Made by a program: the position numbers and the translations under genes | The notes under the pieces: model-generated | What the model saw: the letters and a program-made list of their open reading frames with translations, nothing else | The model's database searches: none | What the model was told of the DNA's origin: nothing | Shown here: positions 63,301-64,000 of the stretch, piece by piece | Position numbering within the stretch: the first letter of the stretch is position 1 | Layout of the letters: each line of letters begins with the position of its first letter | Assembly: GCF_963921235.1 (NCBI RefSeq) | Contig: NC_086108.1 | Span: 69,814,001-69,878,000, forward strand | Reading direction: 5' to 3' | DNA: 64,000 bases | DNA from: Mobula hypostoma | Taxonomy: Eukaryota

Positions 63301-63615
63301 ATTTCTCTTGACAGGTCAATTCTAACGGTTCCATGGGTGGAACTAGGAGGCGAATGCAACATAACTTGTGCTAAAACAGGATACAATGCCAGCATTATAT
63401 TTCATACCAAACCCTTCTACGGAGGCAAGAAACACCGAGTAACTGCAGAAATCTTGTAGGTTTATATTAGATATCTTGTTATCATTGTTTATCAACAATA
63501 ACTTGAATGAAATTACCTATTAATTTGCTGTTTTAGTTCTCCACATGACAAGAAATCCTTTTGCTCAATTGAAGGGGAGTGGAATGGAGTGATGTATGCT
63601 AAATGGAGTACCGGG
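3332..63615 (+). CDS. OSBPL9: OSBPL9/ORP9 oxysterol-binding protein-like 9, partial multi-exon CDS (16 exons, 499 aa; 5' PH-domain exons and 3' exons outside window)
   Basis: 16 AG/GT(GC)-bounded exons join in compatible phases into one stop-free frame. It is collinear with vertebrate ORP9 as I recall it ([84 protein letters not shown]). Confidence 0.96.
5080..5372 (+). mobile_element. Penelope-like 3' fragment
   Basis: cttggtagcctccaaccttgatagcgtgaacattga, a C/T-rich tract, and a degenerate agtcctcatgaagggtctgggcccaagacatcgact end. Confidence 0.55.
7185..8622 (+). mobile_element. Rex/Babar-clade LINE, 5'-truncated (RT + 3' UTR), decayed
   Basis: IFNLSL...[30 protein letters not shown] motifs with stops and frameshifts; ends aataaatctgattctga. 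Confidence 0.85.
8623..9650 (-). mobile_element. Rex/Babar-clade LINE fragment, opposite orientation, decayed
   Basis: Minus strand gives RT-type remnants ([20 protein letters not shown]) and a 3' UTR ending in ataataaatttactttga. Confidence 0.75.
10194..10223 (+). CDS. OSBPL9: OSBPL9 exon ([10 protein letters not shown])
   Basis: ttttccag acceptor, gtaagt donor, 30 nt, phase 0-0. Confidence 0.88.
10352..10402 (+). CDS. OSBPL9: OSBPL9 exon ([17 protein letters not shown])
   Basis: tttttgcag acceptor, gtaag donor, 51 nt; highly conserved ORP9 peptide. Confidence 0.95.
11460..16822 (-). mobile_element. Tc1/mariner DNA transposon (~1.6 kb when reconstructed) interrupted by a CR1 LINE
   Basis: Long TIRs (11460-~11600 versus reverse complement of ~16690-16822) flanked by TA. 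HTH N-terminus in ORF 16203..16454; [20 protein letters not shown] region in ORF 11867..12169. Confidence 0.9.
12211..15986 (-). mobile_element. Near full-length CR1 LINE (ORF1 with esterase-like region, ORF2 EN-RT with internal deletion), nested in Tc1
   Basis: ORF1 remnants at 15492..15707 and 14855..15121; ORF2 motifs [10 protein letters not shown] and [16 protein letters not shown]1 3' tail at 12211. Confidence 0.88.
17740..17965 (+). mobile_element. CR1 3' tail fragment
   Basis: ctgcccgaggaaatgg...ggctgaagggtctgtatctgtgct, shared with other CR1 3' ends in the window. Confidence 0.55.
18988..20462 (+). mobile_element. Tc1-family DNA transposon with long TIRs, defective transposase
   Basis: TA|cattgcctataa ... 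ttataggcactg|TA with ~200-bp TIRs. ATG at 19350 opens [53 protein letters not shown] and [10 protein letters not shown] motifs carry stops and a deletion. Confidence 0.92.
20653..20691 (+). CDS. OSBPL9: OSBPL9 exon ([13 protein letters not shown])
   Basis: ttttaag acceptor, gtaagt donor, 39 nt, phase 0-0; resembles DQSNAEKHADGMI. Confidence 0.9.
22452..22545 (+). CDS. OSBPL9: OSBPL9 exon ([31 protein letters not shown])
   Basis: ctctccag acceptor, gtata donor, 94 nt, phase 0-1. Confidence 0.93.
23640..24620 (+). mobile_element. Old CR1 ORF2/3' fragment
   Basis: Highly degenerate similarity to the other CR1 ORF2 3' halves in the window. Confidence 0.45.
24766..25277 (-). mobile_element. Hero-like (R2 group, restriction-like endonuclease) non-LTR retrotransposon 3' fragment
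   Basis: ORF 24966..25259 reads [19 protein letters not shown]...GWK.KIFPV.VGCRGF, the C-terminal RLE signature, followed by a ~200-nt 3' UTR. Confidence 0.75.
26970..27743 (+). mobile_element. Internally deleted Rex/Babar LINE remnant
   Basis: [25 protein letters not shown] and a 3' tail ggataaaccttattctga. Confidence 0.65.
29181..29220 (+). mobile_element. 40-bp Penelope-terminus insertion with 14-bp TSD
   Basis: ATCATGTTTAGGCA at 29167-29180 and 29221-29234; the insert contains gatttccagcatctgtaga, matching the Penelope terminus at ~32764-32795. Confidence 0.7.
29249..29837 (-). mobile_element. Non-coding RTE-like 5'-UTR-derived element (~590 bp) with degenerate 13-bp TSD
   Basis: GC-richer island interrupting CR1. 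Flanks ttgggtgcgaatg (29236-29248) and tcggctgtgaatg (29838-29850) match 10/13. The minus-strand motif gagaaggaaaactctgat is recalled from RTE-clade 5' regions. Confidence 0.5.
31753..31857 (+). CDS. OSBPL9: OSBPL9 exon ([35 protein letters not shown])
   Basis: polyT-gacag acceptor, gttgg donor, 105 nt, phase 1-1; lies within ORF 31728..31946. Confidence 0.93.
32640..32797. mobile_element. Penelope pseudo-LTR with partial inverted arrangement
   Basis: A minus-strand ctgatgaagggtcttggtcc is fused to a plus-strand ggccgaaatatcgactgtac...gatttccagcatctacagattttctcttg. Confidence 0.6.
32800..36350 (+). mobile_element. Ty3/Gypsy LTR retrotransposon internal region (gag-PR-RT-RNaseH-IN), decayed, no LTRs seen
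   Basis: gag with Cys/His knuckles (CYCCG...CRKCHKIGH); protease-like [37 protein letters not shown]; RNase [27 protein letters not shown]; integrase remnants downstream. Many stops and frameshifts. Confidence 0.9.
36759..36918 (+). CDS. OSBPL9: OSBPL9 exon containing FFAT motif ([10 protein letters not shown]...[30 protein letters not shown])
   Basis: ttgttcag acceptor, gtgagt donor, 160 nt, phase 1-2; FFAT EFYDADE at 36860-36880. Confidence 0.96.
37300..37690 (+). mobile_element. CR1 3' fragment
   Basis: agagggtagtgaatccttggaattct...tggcctgcttctgctattttcttg, a CR1-type 3' end. Confidence 0.55.
37770..37970 (-). mobile_element. V-SINE/HE1-like SINE remnant
   Basis: gggaggaaactgga...aaaacccatgcagtc...cacacagacagc resembles the V-domain SINE core in reverse orientation. 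Confidence 0.45.
37996..38515 (-). mobile_element. Non-autonomous Tc1-like element (transposase N-terminus only)
   Basis: Minus strand encodes [29 protein letters not shown] (Tc1 HTH start); terminal motif ctaataaagtggccac at both ends. Confidence 0.75.
38512..38556. repeat. Compound microsatellite (GAGT)n(GT)n(AT)n
   Basis: Directly visible, abutting the Tc1 terminus. Confidence 0.85.
40690..41790. repeat. ~1.1-kb pyrimidine-rich minisatellite, unit ~(CT)nATC(4-8), grading into (CT)n
   Basis: Dozens of ctctatccccc variants; almost no G on the + strand. Confidence 0.95.
41805..43290 (-). mobile_element. CR1 LINE ORF2/3' end with internal RT deletion
   Basis: ORFs 41833..42144 ([17 protein letters not shown]) and 42327..42569 ([13 protein letters not shown]...ALVRSHL); abrupt jump at ~42550. 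Confidence 0.85.
43413..43965 (-). mobile_element. Solo LTR (553 bp) with TG..CA termini and 5-bp TSD GTATC
   Basis: GTATC|TGTTG...TAACA|GTATC (43408-43412 / 43966-43970). On the minus strand, TATAAA (~43556-43561) lies ~80 nt upstream of AATAAA (43474-43479). Confidence 0.85.
45725..45834 (+). CDS. OSBPL9: OSBPL9 exon ([36 protein letters not shown])
   Basis: tttttgtag acceptor, gtatgt donor, 110 nt, phase 2-1; conserved [14 protein letters not shown]. Confidence 0.93.
45890..46781 (-). mobile_element. Non-autonomous Rex/Babar-derived element (5' end joined to 3' tail)
   Basis: Minus strand starts ccaagatggcggcag and ends ...gataataaatgtccttgaactttga; contains a short piece shared with the Rex 3' region (accaccagattcaggagcag). 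Confidence 0.5.
47536..47654 (+). CDS. OSBPL9: OSBPL9 exon, start of ORD ([39 protein letters not shown])
   Basis: ttcctag acceptor, gtaaga donor, 119 nt, phase 1-0. Confidence 0.95.
48045..48130 (+). CDS. OSBPL9: OSBPL9 exon ([28 protein letters not shown])
   Basis: ctcttgcag acceptor, gtaaat donor, 86 nt, phase 0-2. Confidence 0.95.
48378..48720 (-). mobile_element. Rex/Babar 3' fragment with (ACTATG)n tail
   Basis: ORF 48514..48810 SHPLH...[25 protein letters not shown]; catagt repeats at 48378-48393. Confidence 0.75.
48785..49260 (-). mobile_element. Penelope pseudo-LTR fragment containing a minimal hammerhead-like motif
   Basis: ctggaggaactcag...gcagc terminus; minus strand reads gtcCTGATGcagggccttagcccGAAAcgttgac, next to a purine-rich tract. 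Confidence 0.65.
50489..50663 (+). CDS. OSBPL9: OSBPL9 exon ([47 protein letters not shown]...)
   Basis: aaag acceptor required by frame, gtaagt donor, 175 nt, phase 2-0; ORD motif [10 protein letters not shown]. Confidence 0.93.
51405..51489 (+). CDS. OSBPL9: OSBPL9 exon with OSBP fingerprint ([28 protein letters not shown])
   Basis: ccacag acceptor, gtgagt donor, 85 nt, phase 0-1; EQVSHHPP at 51465-51488. Confidence 0.96.
52500..52960 (+). mobile_element. Penelope-like pseudo-LTR fragment
   Basis: C/T-rich tract ending ctgacccactgatttccttcagcatt. Confidence 0.45.
53548..53658 (+). CDS. OSBPL9: OSBPL9 exon ([36 protein letters not shown])
   Basis: ttacag acceptor, gtgagt donor, 111 nt, phase 1-1. 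Confidence 0.95.
54497..59022 (+). mobile_element. Relatively young CR1 LINE, near-complete ORF2 (APE endonuclease + RT), interrupted by Tigger-like element
   Basis: [12 protein letters not shown]...[13 protein letters not shown] ORFs 57197..58198 and 58202..58954 ([39 protein letters not shown]); 3' tail gcctactcctgcacctattttctatgtttc. Confidence 0.93.
54645..56213 (-). mobile_element. Tigger/pogo-like non-autonomous DNA transposon, copy 1 (1569 bp, TA TSD)
   Basis: TA|caagtttcccc ... gggggacacctg|TA; removing it restores the CR1 frame; reverse complement of copy 2. Confidence 0.9.
59023..59885 (+). mobile_element. Older CR1 3' fragments (continuation of CR1 at ~54000-54495, plus a second tail)
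   Basis: Degenerate CR1 ORF2 C-terminus resumes after the young CR1 tail; ggctgaagggcctgttcc and cctgttcctgtgctatactgttct tails. Confidence 0.6.
60634..62168 (+). mobile_element. Tigger/pogo-like non-autonomous DNA transposon, copy 2 (1535 bp, TA TSD)
   Basis: TA|caggtgtcccc ... ggggaaacctg|TA. ATG at 60891 opens [29 protein letters not shown] (pogo/Tigger HTH-psq-like), fused to the C-terminal [24 protein letters not shown] core absent. Confidence 0.9.
62290..62835 (-). mobile_element. Rex/Babar 3' fragment
   Basis: ORF 62560..62826 [13 protein letters not shown]...[12 protein letters not shown]; tail gataataaatgtacttt on the minus strand. Confidence 0.75.
63112..63175 (+). CDS. OSBPL9: OSBPL9 exon ([20 protein letters not shown]), GC donor
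   Basis: ttttgacag acceptor; frame continuity requires the donor AG|GCAAGT; 64 nt, phase 1-2. Confidence 0.92.
63315..63455 (+). CDS. OSBPL9: OSBPL9 exon ([46 protein letters not shown])
   Basis: cttgacag acceptor, gtaggt donor, 141 nt, phase 2-2. Confidence 0.95.
63537..63615 (+). CDS. OSBPL9: OSBPL9 exon ([26 protein letters not shown])
   Basis: ttttag acceptor, gtaagt donor, 79 nt, phase 2-0; preceded by an 81-nt intron. Confidence 0.95.
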
Positions 63616-63940
63616 GTAAGTATTGTCTCTGGAAAAAGGTATAAATATCACTTTGCATGCAGTACTCTTTTTCTGATAGATAAATGAACATTCCAAGAGA
63701 AATTAAATTATTGCTTAGGTGCAAAATCTAGCAGATTAGACTTTGAATGAAGTTGTTTAAAGTGATTAACCTTTTTTTATAAATAAAATGAACTGTTTGA
63801 AATACTCAGTAGACAACACAGCATTTTGTGGAGTAGGAGTAAGGACATTAAAGGTTAACTGTGTGTCTCTGGACCTGCTCATCTATCATACAACCTGGGC
63901 ACAGACATTTCAGCCCTTAACCAACCAGTACACATCTCAT

Positions 63941-64000
63941 ACACGAGGAAATCTGCAGATGCTGGAATTTCAAGCAACACACATAAAAGTTGCTGGTGAA
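63941..64000 (-). mobile_element. Penelope pseudo-LTR terminus (runs off window)
   Basis: Near-identical to 1608-1664 (cacgaggaaatctgcagatgctggaatttcaagca). Confidence 0.7.

Noticed and set aside
128..63459. The many 60-150-aa ORFs in the six-frame track as independent genes
   Set aside because: They map to transposon remnants, antisense frames, low-complexity DNA or read-through of OSBPL9 exons; none has independent gene structure.

Overview
Eukaryotic (vertebrate) AT-rich genomic DNA. The repeat families suggest a cartilaginous fish, probably a ray or skate; that is inference. The window lies wholly inside one + strand gene, OSBPL9/ORP9 (oxysterol-binding protein-like 9). I traced 16 consecutive coding exons from 3332 to 63615. 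Their splice phases are compatible and they join into 1497 nt / 499 aa of uninterrupted frame containing the FFAT motif (EFYDADE) and the OSBP fingerprint (EQVSHHPP). The PH-domain exons and the last exons lie outside the window. The introns are crowded with mostly decayed transposons: CR1, Rex/Babar, L1 and Hero-like LINEs, Penelope-like fragments, three Tc1 elements, two Tigger/pogo-derived elements, a Gypsy internal region, a solo LTR and a SINE, plus a 1.1-kb pyrimidine minisatellite. I found no convincing new multi-gene system. Best leads: a GC-AG intron; Penelope-derived minimal hammerhead-ribozyme motifs, some in tiny TSD-flanked insertions; a 1.5-kb inverted pair of Tigger-like elements with internal hairpins in one intron; an antisense solo LTR with TATA and polyA signals; a TSD-flanked non-coding RTE-like element; and multi-level transposon nesting. 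Family assignments come from motif recognition, not database searches.
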